From Epiperipatus broadwayi (taxonomy: Eukaryota > Animalia > Onychophora), in assembly GCA_028023455.1 (NCBI GenBank), contig JAQFVV010000009.1, positions 12,834,001 through 12,898,000 of the forward strand: 64,000 bases of DNA, read 5' to 3'. Numbering within the stretch: position 1 is the stretch's first letter; each line of letters starts with the position of its first letter. Shown here in pieces: positions 28,300 through 39,682 of this stretch. The notes below the pieces were generated by a model, which ran no database searches, had not been told where the DNA came from, and worked only from the letters and a program-made list of their open reading frames with translations. The translations under genes were made by a program, and so were the position numbers.

Positions 28300-28495
28300 C
28301 ACTGGGACCGAAGAAAAACAATGACCATTAGTAGCATCAGGAATGTTGGTTGGATAGTGGAGATTTTGGAGCACTGGCAAATAGGTTAAAGCTTAGTACT
28401 GTTCTGTGACTATCATATCCCGAACATGCTGGGTTTGAAGTACTTTTGCTAAGTCTCTGAATCTTGTTGGCTGATCACATGATTCTGACTGTTAC
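28300..28495. repeat. Interspersed repeat fragment, homologous to 33890-34090
   Basis: Shared blocks CATCAG.AATGTTG.TTG and GTACTTTTGCT.AG...TCTTGTT.G.....CA...ATTCTGAC. Confidence 0.6.
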
Positions 28496-28514
28496 ATGGT
28501 TGTATTTTACAATA

Positions 28515-28655
28515 TGTTGTTTCTTTAGTTCGATTTTTATTTAAGAAGGCCTATTTGTTTAGAAGATGAAACCATGGTTGTATAAGGATTTTGGTAAAAT
28601 TTAGATTTTTATCTAGTATTGTATTGCTTATGATTTTGTATTTTATTTTATTACT
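28515..28655 (+). mobile_element. Second copy of the 24-kb PLE pLTR-like tail
   Basis: Matches the reverse complement of ~24000-24145, including GAAACCATGGTT at 28568-28579. Confidence 0.75.
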
Positions 28656-29229
28656 AGTATAGTGTTAGGCAGTTTTGAATATATTTTATTATATGCATAA
28701 TTATATATATATAATTACGTTAAATATTCTTCTATTTCAATGAAATAATAAGATCAGTTAAAAAAAAATTATGTTAGAGACATCTCAAAAGAACAGCAGA
28801 GACAAATATTTAATTAAATACCAAATATTTTATAATATCAAACATAAAATAAAAATAAAAATGAGTAAGTAAATTTACTATTTATTATTTGTTATGATCA
28901 AAGTGACTAAAATGAAGATTCTACTAGTTCATTACTGAATGAAATAAAATGGAATGAGTGATAATGAACCAAATAGATTGTTAAAGAAGAAATACTTCTG
29001 TGATAAAACAAAACAAAACCCAAATTAATAATAAAACTATAGTTTAACATTCATATCAGAATTAGTATTACAAGTTACAGCATTAAGAAAAAAAGTTAAA
29101 TAATTTATTTCATTTTTAAAAATATATTTTACCTACTTACTTTAATAATTATCTATTTATTTAAAGTTGAATAATTTTATAAAGAAACCAGGACAGATTC
29201 TAATCAGAAAATAGATTAATTTCTATTTT

Positions 29230-30100
29230 TATCAAGGCCCTCATTTCTGCAACTATATGCATATATTGGACAACTAAGGGCATCACAATTTGTGTTTGAC
29301 CAAAAAACATAAGCCAGAAAGTAGCTAAAATTCAATCATCATTATCTGCTTAACATGAGTATTTGTTAATGAAACTCCAATTAACACCTAGGAAAAACAA
29401 ATTCAGGTAGCTTTATTGCTGAATGTGGACAAATAAATTTTTTGGGGGTTTTCAAAAAAGCTTATTTCTTATATCATAAGTCTTCAATTGGTTTACAGAC
29501 TTTCTGTGCACTAAGAAAAAAAGATTTTGATTTGAAATAATTAGATAATGAAATTATATCTTGAGTTAGTGATAAATCTGATATACTTAATAGCTTTTCA
29601 AACATTTTTTTGTGAGGCAACTTGTCTTCTGATATCTGGTGGAGAAATATGTGAAAGGACTAGTAGCTACAGTGAAGAAACAGATTGTATATATAGATAA
29701 TATTACTTATAGTAGTGTTTTAATGTTTATCAAATAATAGTGAAACTCAAAATTAAAAAAAGCTATCTTTTGAGTATTTGCTTTACAATTCCAAGAAAAT
29801 GTTAGCTAGCTTTCCAAAAAAAGGGTATTTCTAGAAGTTATTTTAGATCTAATATTTGTCTATGACATAAAGATACTTCTAGTAGCATGAGATAAAGCTG
29901 TCTTTCAATCTATTGTTGCAGAAGATTACATTCTATTTACAAAATAATTGACTGTTGCTTAGATGCGAAGTTGATAATACTGTGTTTATGGGCTTAAGGT
30001 TAAGATCTAATTTTTGAAAAAGATTTCCAAACTTTTTATATCTTTATTAAGTGATTAATATTTCTAATAAGGATCTATTTTTTTGAAGTCAATATAAGAC
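29230..30100 (-). mobile_element. RTE-X-like LINE 3' remnant
   Basis: LNKDIKSL, FCNNRLK, KITSRNTL..KLANISWNCKANTL, LSHISPPDIRRQVA, CPIYAY, collinear with the RTE-X ORF C-terminus as recalled. Confidence 0.6.
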
Positions 30101-31079
30101 TAAAATTTTTATATATTTATTAAAAACATAGAACTTAAATACATTATTAAAAAGTAATTGTTAATTCCATTAATCAGTAATAAAACAAAACTATTAGCCA
30201 ATACATAAAAAAACAAATAAACAAACAACATTACTTTCTTCTCCTATGTTAATAATCCCATAAGTTTCTATTTACTATGGTAATAAAAGTTTTATTCAAA
30301 TAAATAAATTATGTTCTTTATTGATTATTAAAAAAATAAAATACGTATGTGTGTATATGTATGCAATAGAGTATCGATATTACTATACATATAAAGTAAT
30401 GGTAAAGGTTTTGGAAGCATTTAATCATATGTTGATGTAGAATATTATGTAATGATATGTGCAGCTGGCTTGTTATATCTATTTTTAATCATTTAGTCAG
30501 TCCCACAGTTGGGTACTAAGCATATATATATATATATATTCAAGATAGCCTGTACCAGCCCAATTCCCATAACCATTTCTTTTATAATACTAATTTATCA
30601 ATTGATCATTACAACATATTATTTTTAATCCACTCTCTCTATGATATCAACTTTTATTTTAAAAGATAATAATCAATATGCATTGAGAGCACCCCTATCA
30701 GATTTCATATTGGCTGATTCCACAGTGAAATTGACTTTTCTTAACTTTCTATGTCCAACATTGTCATTCTCTGAACAGGCTCATAGTGGAATATGAATGA
30801 CTATATATAATCTTGAATATATATATAAGTAAAAATGTTTCATCCAAAGAATAAAGAATTTCATTTACATTAAAAACATAATAAGAAAATTAATAACTAC
30901 AACTACAGAACGTACACTTATCAATACAAACAGATGTAGCTCTATCTGTACCTGCAGATATGTTCCTTCATCCTTAACATAATTTAATGTAAATTACTTA
31001 ACTAAATTCTATCTCTTAAAAAAGGTTATAAATAATAAATGCATTATATAGAATAACAAAAAAAAAAATATATATATAT

Positions 31080-33600
31080 ATATTGAAGCGGAATCTGTTG
31101 CACACATTCAGCTCCACTCTCTAATAATGTTTGAAACCACCAAACATGAATTCAAACCTAACCATTTAATTATAGACCACCGGGGAGTGAAGGTATACCA
31201 ATGCGCGTGGTTGTTTATGTATGTGTAAACTTTAAATTCATTTAACATTAATATGCATAAAAACAATTATATATTTTCATTACGGTAAACAATCGTGCGT
31301 ATGTGTGTGTAACAGATCAATTTTAATAATTTAAAGCGTTGCATAATGTATATTTTATTTATACATATATTTTCATAGAGAGAAAGTTCGAGAGGGGAAT
31401 GTAAAATTAGTAAATAAAAGACTTACCATCTTCCAAATTATAAAAGAAATTTGTTTTATTGTAATATAGATTGATTTAGCGTCATGATTAGTTAACGTTG
31501 ATTCCGCAGGTCTATTTTCAGCTTAAAGTAGACCAAAACCAACTCTCGAACTTAATCTCGTTTGTAGTCCAAAATATGCTGTATCATTGTAGTTATTAAA
31601 ACATCCGGGAATTACCCAGCGGCGGTGATAACGAGTATAAATACAACCACATTTTCTAACTAAGGAGAAGACATGTCATTTTTCTAACGCATTGCTAAGG
31701 GGAAGCCATGCCCCTCTGAACGGCAACATGATGGGCTAATAAACATAGATTTGCTTCCCCGGATCTCTCCAAAAATCTAACCGATGCCTAAATACTCGGA
31801 AACCATCGTTCATCAATTGCTGCCAAAATGAACTTTATATTGAGTAAAGAATGGACCGAAACCTTAATTTCGTCAATTTGTCATAAATTAATTCCTTTAT
31901 CAAACATGGAACCAACACGTGCGCACCGGCTGGAAATTCATCGGAAAGAAAGGTAATTCCTTGCCGTATAAACGAACTTTCATCTTAATAACCCTTTCTA
32001 TTGTAAAATATAAATGTAAACATTTCTAGTTCTGAAATTTCTCCTAACTTATTTCGTGACCGGTAATGCTAAGCCGATTAACTGCCTAAATAATGACCTC
32101 TTCTTTGTTTTATTATTTCTGTTTGTTGTATATTTAAACTGTAATTCTCACTTTCTAAACTCGATTGCTAGGTTCTCACTCTCCTTGTATTTTTATTTTA
32201 ATGTGGCAATGTTTATTTAATATTATGCAAATCATATCAATTTTTAGTATGCTAATAACTCGATCTGGCGAATCAATCCTATTTATTTTTGCTATTCTGC
32301 CATTGTGGAATATTTAATCGTAAACGTAAGCGTATTCACATTATAAAATTCGCCCGATCGAGAGATTTTCCTAAACTATGTTTTAATAATGAATATTATG
32401 CTTTTCACTACTATTTGAATTAAATGATTTACTATTGCTCCACGCTATTGATTAACATGATGAAAATTGAGTATTACCTAACTTTAATTCAGATCCTTAT
32501 GTCTAGATGATTCATTTTATAAATCGCCCCGCCATCTAACGATAATTTAAGTCACTTAGTTCTCGGGTGGGTTAATATGTGTTTAGCGAAGGAATTTTAA
32601 TGTTTTAATATTTATCCTTAAGATATTGAATAAACCCTTTAAGTAAGTTGTATGCCCCGTTTGGGATTGCCTTTAGATCATTATTTCATTACGTTAGACT
32701 TAATTAGTATTTTAAGGCTGTATAAATCAGGGTAAATCAAGCCTGACAGCTTTCATAACGTGTTCCAGTGATAACATTCCTAATTCAGAAATGACGTTGT
32801 CATGCGTTTTCTCGATAATGGAATACTTATATATAAGCACAATTCTCGACAGAGCGTGGAGACCTCAGCTCTTACAGGTTATCTTAGGTTAGGTAAGCAC
32901 TGCTATAGGTTAACATCCTACGAGGTGGAACCATAGTATCTTGCCAAACCAATTCCCAATGCTATCCGTCACAAATGCGGATAAGATTAATTTTCTTCGC
33001 TCCCAAATAAATGAAGCTCATCGTCCACTCAAGCCTTATCATGCGGTTCACACGTTATCGTTCTTATCCTTCCATATGGTTCAGATGTCTATACGCTGTA
33101 ATGATATAAGTTCCTAAGTCATCCCAAAATTCTCGTTATAGTTTAAATTTAATTAACTTTAGTATATATACATTATCGCTTATTAGCGCTACCCATCCTT
33201 CGTTCAATCGCTGTTAATACATCATTAATTAACTATTGAGAAAATCTATAAATGCAGACTAGCACGATAATATCAAAATGATCATATTTTTCCTATTTCT
33301 CTTCGCAGATAAGAAATAAATGAATCATCTCATAAGGTTCCAAAATAATTGATGTATAATTAATGTACCTTCCCTAAAATCCAAATGTAATCATATGTTG
33401 AATAAAACAAACCTTCGTACCGTTATTAAGTTTGATCATATTCTGTGTAATTTAAAATCTTATAAGCATTCATTCTAAAAACTATTGTCATTGGTTATTT
33501 TCCTTAACTTAGAAATATCATAGCGTGAGTAATATCAACCCGTTAAATCACATTAGCATACTAAGCCGCAGATTTCAAATAATTAAGTTATCATTATGTA
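31080..33600. promoter_or_regulatory. CpG-retaining island (candidate promoter/enhancer)
   Basis: About 79 CpG in 2.5 kb by hand count, versus about 3 in 34140-36300. No TE motifs recognised within it. Confidence 0.65.
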
Positions 33601-36318
33601 TATTTATTGGTGCATATCCATCAAACCTTGTTATGTTATCCGGTTTGACATGGAATGCCCAAGTGACCATAAGTGAAACCTAAATCGAATATTCAATATA
33701 TATAATTTCTAATTCATTGTAAATCCCCATATCTAGTGATTCACATGATTAATCAATTATTATTAATATCACGTTTAATAAATTCACATTTAATAAGCTA
33801 TTTTTTGGATATTTTTGTTGGTTTGTGCGTGCACATCTATCATTACTTTGCATTATCAATTAGTTAAGCCGTAGGTCTCTTGTATCTTTGCTGAACCTTC
33901 CTGGGCCGGAGTAAATTGGAGAGTATGCTGCTATCATCAGAAATGTTGTTTGTAATGTGATAGACTTGGGAAGTGGGCAATAGGGCGGAGTTCATGAGTA
34001 TCTTTGACCTGTGTATCTTGTATATGATTGAACTCTAGGTACTTTTGCTTAGGTCCTAATTCTTGTTAGACGAACATACAATTCTGACCGGTACAATATA
34101 TATATATGAATTATTTTTCTAAGTATGACTATATTTTACAGATGTATTTTCTTTTAAATATGTATATATTTAATTAGGATTATTCTTACAAAGTTTGAAT
34201 GATTTCCCCAACTTAGCAGTCAGATGGTTGGAGTTCTTCATTTGACTACAATCTTTTGGTTTCTAATCTGGCAATGACTTCATTGATAATTCTATGACTA
34301 TTTTCTTCTTTAGACAATCAAATTTACATCAGACAAATAATTAATTTAAATAGACACAATTTTGGGAGGTTTATATAGCTTTTACATCATAACATATTGG
34401 ATCTTTGGTTATGTTAGTTGAAAAATCAATCAAGTCAAAAGAGGATTCTCAGCAGTGCATTTTTTGACAGTTGCTAAATATAATAACAAACATTAACATC
34501 ACTATATAAAGAAAATATAATTATGCTTGCAGTCTTTTTCATTAGTGATTCACTCTTCATATCTTCAATGATTCTATAGCAGTATTTGCCTTTCTCACAC
34601 ACAGTACATAGTTTTCTAAAATCTTTGAATGTGTTTACATTTCAATTCTCTTTTCCAAGCTTGGTAAAAAGAATTTTAAATGATGGTTGAAAGAACTTGA
34701 AAAAAAAACTGAACTGAATAAGATGAATGAGAAGTGCAACTTAAGAATTTGTTCCAAGTAAGCCTTATATACTACTATATATCTATAATGTTATATTGTT
34801 TTTCTGAAAATAATCTTAATAATATATATTGTTTTCATGAAATCAACCTAATTCTCATATAAGTGTTTCCTAAATAAAAAAAACTTTCTATTATATTTTT
34901 CTGATTAAGTATTTTTACTTACTATTTTTTTTTTTGTTACAAGAATTATTTAATTTCCTAAAAAATTGTATTCAAAAATTTACCAAGAAATTATTTTTTA
35001 TTTAAATTTTTAATAAATATTACAAATCTTTTCATATCAGAATTTTTTTTTTTTTTAAAAAAGCAAATAATTTACTAATACCAGCCCCTTTCCCCTTTCA
35101 AACTAAAATTCCATTTCCATCATTTCTTTTCAGAGGTGAATAAAAAAGTTATATCTTCCCCTTTTTCTTCAATTATATATTTATTGATATTTTTATACAT
35201 CAATGATGAAGTCATTATAATATGTACAAACTTATAATGCTTAATGAATTGTAATAAGCTAGTCATAACGCTATTTCATTTACACTCAATAAATGTTACA
35301 TTATTTTACATTCTTTAACTGAAACAATACCAACAAGTAAGGCCATGAGACTGGAATTCATCTAAATAACAAATGATAAAATACTATAAAATTAGACGAT
35401 GGCATTTAGAAAATTTGATGTTAATTCAATGTGTTACATTATTTACAATGTCAATGACTTGATTGTGTAAGATTCTTTGAAAAAAAAAAGACTTTATATA
35501 GTTTTATCATTAAAATTAGAAATAAAATTACAATGTTTATGTGGGATTGTTTTATTTTTTTTTCATGGTAGTTGAATAAAGATGGTTTAATTTAAACAGT
35601 TTGATTCAATTTTTTCATCAATGCAACAATATATAAAATATTGCAAAATTTATAGATAACATTTGGAAGATTTAATATCTCTCCAATTTGTCTCTGGTTA
35701 ATAAATATTTAAATATTGATTTGATTATGCAAGTTTTTTTTTTTTGTTTTTGAAAAATTGAGTTTATATAGTCTTGTGGGTAAGTGAGTCTTGGATAAAT
35801 CGGAATTCAATATCAACATTAAATGAATTATTTTAAATAGGGAATGAATTTTATGTTTGATGAAAGACTAGTCTTCTCTCATATACTTGAATAAAGATAG
35901 TTGAGATCAGACACATGTTTTTCAGAAATTGTTCAATTTTTTCATTAATGTGGCAACTGTGAAGATTTGATATTATTTCAGTATATTGTTACAGTATTAT
36001 CATTTTTATCACATAAATTTGATTGTAGAAGATTCTTTTGAGAAAATGAATCTAGATGAAGTGGACATTATTAACATCAAATAGATCATATTAGTTGTAT
36101 TTAAAGAGAGCAGATCACTATGTCTAATGTGAGATTGGATTTCTCTCATGGTAGTTGAGTTTGAAACAGATATTTGTTCAACTTTTCCATCAAAGTAGCA
36201 ACAGTTAAAATATTATAAATTTGTAAATGGCACTTTGAAGATTTGCTATCACTTCAGATGTTATAAATAATTGATTATACATTATTTGCAATAAAATAAT
36301 AATAATATTGATTTATTA

Positions 36319-36455
36319 TAAATGATGCTTTTTTCCCATATGTCATAGCATCAGCCAGGAGGTGAATCCGCAACAACTGTCTGCAACCAACTGCTTGCTT
36401 GCAAGGCTGCTGCACTGACCTCTTGGCTAACAACGCTTGACTAAATGATGCTTTT
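36319..36455 (-). mobile_element. ~110-nt tRNA-derived SINE with a 14-bp TSD
   Basis: TSD TAAATGATGCTTTT at 36319-36332 and 36442-36455. A/B-box-like motifs and an A-rich tail; homologous to 54465-54567. Confidence 0.75.
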
Positions 36456-36888
36456 GTTTTAAAATTCCATTAATCAGCAGAATTCAATAATTGCATAAAA
36501 GTGATAGTTTGAATAAATTAAATGTACTTCAATTAAATTGAAGCCAAACGTTATAAATTTTAGAGCTGACAATTGATGGTATAACAGCACTTTTTTTTTT
36601 TACTGGGAAAATGTTTAGATGTAATGAGAGAAAAAAGTAGAGTTATAGTATTATTTATTTTTAACTGTCAAAATTTCTAATTTGAGAAGGTTCTGAAATC
36701 AATTGTGCTGGTAATAATAATTTATTTAATAATAGTTAAAAAAAATCAAGTCATACATCACGTGACTTAATTTAATAAGCTTGTATTACAAATGTAATAT
36801 AATGAGCATGTAAATAGCTCTAAACAAGCTTTTCTAATAAATGCTGCAAGAGAAAGCATTTAAAAATCTCTATCTAGAATATCCTTAT

Positions 36889-36928
36889 CCCCAAACTGGT
36901 TTCATGCTACTGGCTATCCTCAGTGAGG
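36889..36928 (-). ncRNA. Minimal type I hammerhead ribozyme (HHR-A)
   Basis: CCTCA-CTGAGGA-TAGCCAGTAGCAT-GAAA-CCAG-TT-TGGGG; stem I is CCTCA/TGGGG. Confidence 0.65.
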
Positions 36929-37654
36929 CACTAGAATATTCAGACATTAGATCTAAAATATCAGCTCAAGTTCAGCATTTATCTAATACAAACTATTAAG
37001 TAAAAAATCTGAAATTTTCAGACATCTATATGTCTTCAAATTCAGCTATCTAACTTAAATAGCTATATGGCCTGAAGAGACTTGTTACACCATATATTAA
37101 TAGCCTTAGCAATATAACATCGCAAAGCTTTGAAAGCCAAACTATAACAGTAAAAAAATCAAGTCATATATCATGTGACTTAATAAGCTTGTATTACAAA
37201 TATAATATAATGAGCATGCCGATAGCTCTAGACAAGCTTTTCTGATAGAGAGGATAACCAGTAGCTTGAAACTAGTTTGGGAATGGGAATATTCTAGATA
37301 GAGATTTTTAAATCCTTTCTCTTGCAGCATTTATCGGAAAAGCTTGTTTAGAGTTATTAGCATGGTCATTATATTACATTTGTAATACAAGCTTATTAAG
37401 TTATATGATGTATGACTTCATTTTTTTACTATTATAGTTTGCTTTCGAGGCTTTGGCAAGGTTACATTGCTAAGGCTATTAATATGTGGTGTAACTGAAG
37501 TCTCTTCAGGCCCAAATAGCTATTTAAGTTAGATAGCTGGATTTGAAGACATATAGATGTCTAAAAATTTCAGATTTTCTACTTAATAGTTAACTATTCG
37601 ATAAATGCTGAGTTTGAGCTGGTGTTTTAGACCTAGAGTCTAAATATCCTAGCA

Positions 37655-37694
37655 CTTCACTGAGGATAGCCAGTAGCCTGAAACTGGTTTAGCG
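37655..37694 (+). ncRNA. HHR-A copy (partner partial copy at 37250-37282)
   Basis: CTTCA-CTGAGGA-TAGCCAGTAGCCT-GAAA-CTGG-TT. Predicted cleavage sites after 37277 and 37689 are 412 nt apart. Confidence 0.6.
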
Positions 37695-38659
37695 ATATTC
37701 TAGATAGAGATTTTTAAATGCTTTCTCTTGGGCATTTATTGAAAAAGCTTGTTTAGAACTATTAGTATGCTCGTTTTATTAATAATAGTTAAATAAAATA
37801 TACTTAGTTTAAAATAATTTTAAACAAAAATGATATATTATTGTTTTCATTAAAGAATGGCATTGCATCTACTCCTTTGACTATAATAATGATATCACAA
37901 TCTAGTAAATTGAAATTAGATGCATATAGAAATTTTAAACAAAATGTTTTTCGCCCAATAATTTTTAATATCAAAAATATTCAAAACTAAATATATATAA
38001 AGATACATTCTTTTTGTACGTTATTTAGATAAAAGTCCAACAGCTATTTGTTATTATTATCAAAGAATACCATCATAAACTTTTTTCATCTCTCCTAGAA
38101 AACAACAAAAAAATCAAGAAGACACAAAGTTGACTCAGTCGGATTATTATAAACGATAATTTAATGTTTAGAAATATTTTCTTTTAAATTTTAATTAAAA
38201 CGCCAACAGGGAGTAAACCGTTTTGTGAAACTTTCGATTTTTTATTGTTTAATATTTTTTACAAATATATCACTTTATACGGTACATATATATATAATTA
38301 GATATATATTATACATACAGTATTATATTAAAAATAAAAATGCATTTTACCGCACTGTGATTCTTAATAAATCTTATTAACAATTTATACATATGGGAAC
38401 AGTCTTCTATTCTTCAAGAATTCAGCAATGTTATCTTTTTTTTGAAGTTAATTGATCATGATAAATGAAGATCCCCTGTTGTATTACAATAATAAAATTT
38501 CAAAAAACCAAAGACAAAAACAAAACGCAATATTAAAACAAGTACTATATTCAGTAACAATATAATAAAAAAATATAGGGTTATAAAGAATTTGAGTAGC
38601 ATATTTGAATATCTAAAAATGCTAGAATAAATGAACAGAATTATAAATATTCATTTATA

Positions 38660-39260
38660 TAAGGCTAAAGCAATGTTCAATGGATTTTCTCAAAAGATGA
38701 AAATAAAGATTGATAATGACAAGTTAGAAGAAGTTAACAACTATAAATAACTTAGATTATTTATACAAATGGAAACATAATGGATGAAATTAATCATAGA
38801 ATTAAACTTGATTGTTTGGTAAAAATAACTTAATACTAAAAAGAAACATGCCAATGTGTTTGAAAAGGAAGGTTTTAATAAATGTGTTTTACCAGTTGTT
38901 ATTTATGGATCTGAGATGGATACTTAGCAGAAGGGCAATACACAGACTTCAGATGACTCAAAGAAGTATGAAGAGATACATGTTGCAGTAACAAAATACA
39001 TGGGAATCACTGAAAGAATTAAGAGACTTAAGTAGAGTTGGGATGGATTCATTTCTAAAAAATATAATAAATGAACAGCTGAAATCTTAAATTGGATTCT
39101 AAGACATTGTAAAATACCTAGAAAGAGATACGTGAGATGGATGAAATAAGGAAGCATGCAGAGTTAGTGTGAAGAGAGGCTAGAGATTGGAAAAGATGGA
39201 GTGAACTTGAAAGACCTTTGTCCTGCAGTACATTGATAATGGTTGAAAATGATGATGGTA
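38660..39260 (+). mobile_element. RTE-clade LINE 3' remnant
   Basis: MPMCLKRKVFNKCVLPVVIYGSE..RLQMTQRSMKRYML..RIKRLK..LNWI.RHCK..ARDWKRWSELERP. Confidence 0.75.
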
Positions 39261-39467
39261 TAAATATATAAAAGTTTGTACCAAAGGACTAGCCAGTAAC
39301 TGAAAATTAATCGAATTCTAAATTTACAACACATATAATTTAAACATTGAAAATATAACCCTACATTTTTATGAATTTGAAAGAGAATAGATGGCAAACA
39401 ATGGTAAACCAACACTGAAGTTGATCCAATGATTAATTTAATAGTACAACTCTAGTGTATATTTATC

Positions 39468-39682
39468 TAATATAATATATCATATACTCCACAATTAATA
39501 TATATTATTTATTTTATCTCTTCTTGCCTACAGTTTCAACTGTCCAGCAGACATCATCAGAGCTCTTATAAACCTCACCTCTGATGATGACTGCTGGATT
39601 GTAGGAAAGAGGAGATAAAATAGATAATATATTAAAGTGCATTGTGAAGTGTAAATTGTAGAGTATATAGTATATTATATTA
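39468..39682. repeat. Fold-back element with HHR cores at the apex
   Basis: Imperfect inverted arms around a 16-nt spacer. Minus strand CTGATGA-TGTCTGCTGGACAGTT-GAAAC (39534-39560); plus strand CTGATGATGACTG (39581-) lacks GAAA. Confidence 0.75.

Larger units (their letters stand above)
36726..37793. mobile_element. Retrozyme-like / PLE-pLTR-like non-coding element: ~413-nt tandem unit in fold-back arrangement with a 15-bp TSD
   Basis: Forward run 36741-37247 (period 413) and inverted run 37248-37778. TTAATAATAGTTAAA at 36726-36740 and 37779-37793. HHR motifs inside. Confidence 0.85.

Noticed and set aside
29560-29700. Plus-strand FCEAT..ISG reading suggestive of a hAT transposase (also 48290-48420)
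   Set aside because: The minus strand gives a longer collinear RTE-X reading across the whole region.
30540-30800. Minus-strand REWIK..KKWLWELG resembling an RTE C-terminus
   Set aside because: Too short and degenerate to call as a feature.
33960-34010. Minus-strand GQRY...PYC resembling Prickle LIM2 (GGQRYIM..RPYC)
   Set aside because: Needs indels, lacks the upstream HF-CxxC and splice sites, and lies in a repeat with a homologue at 28.3 kb; treated as coincidence.
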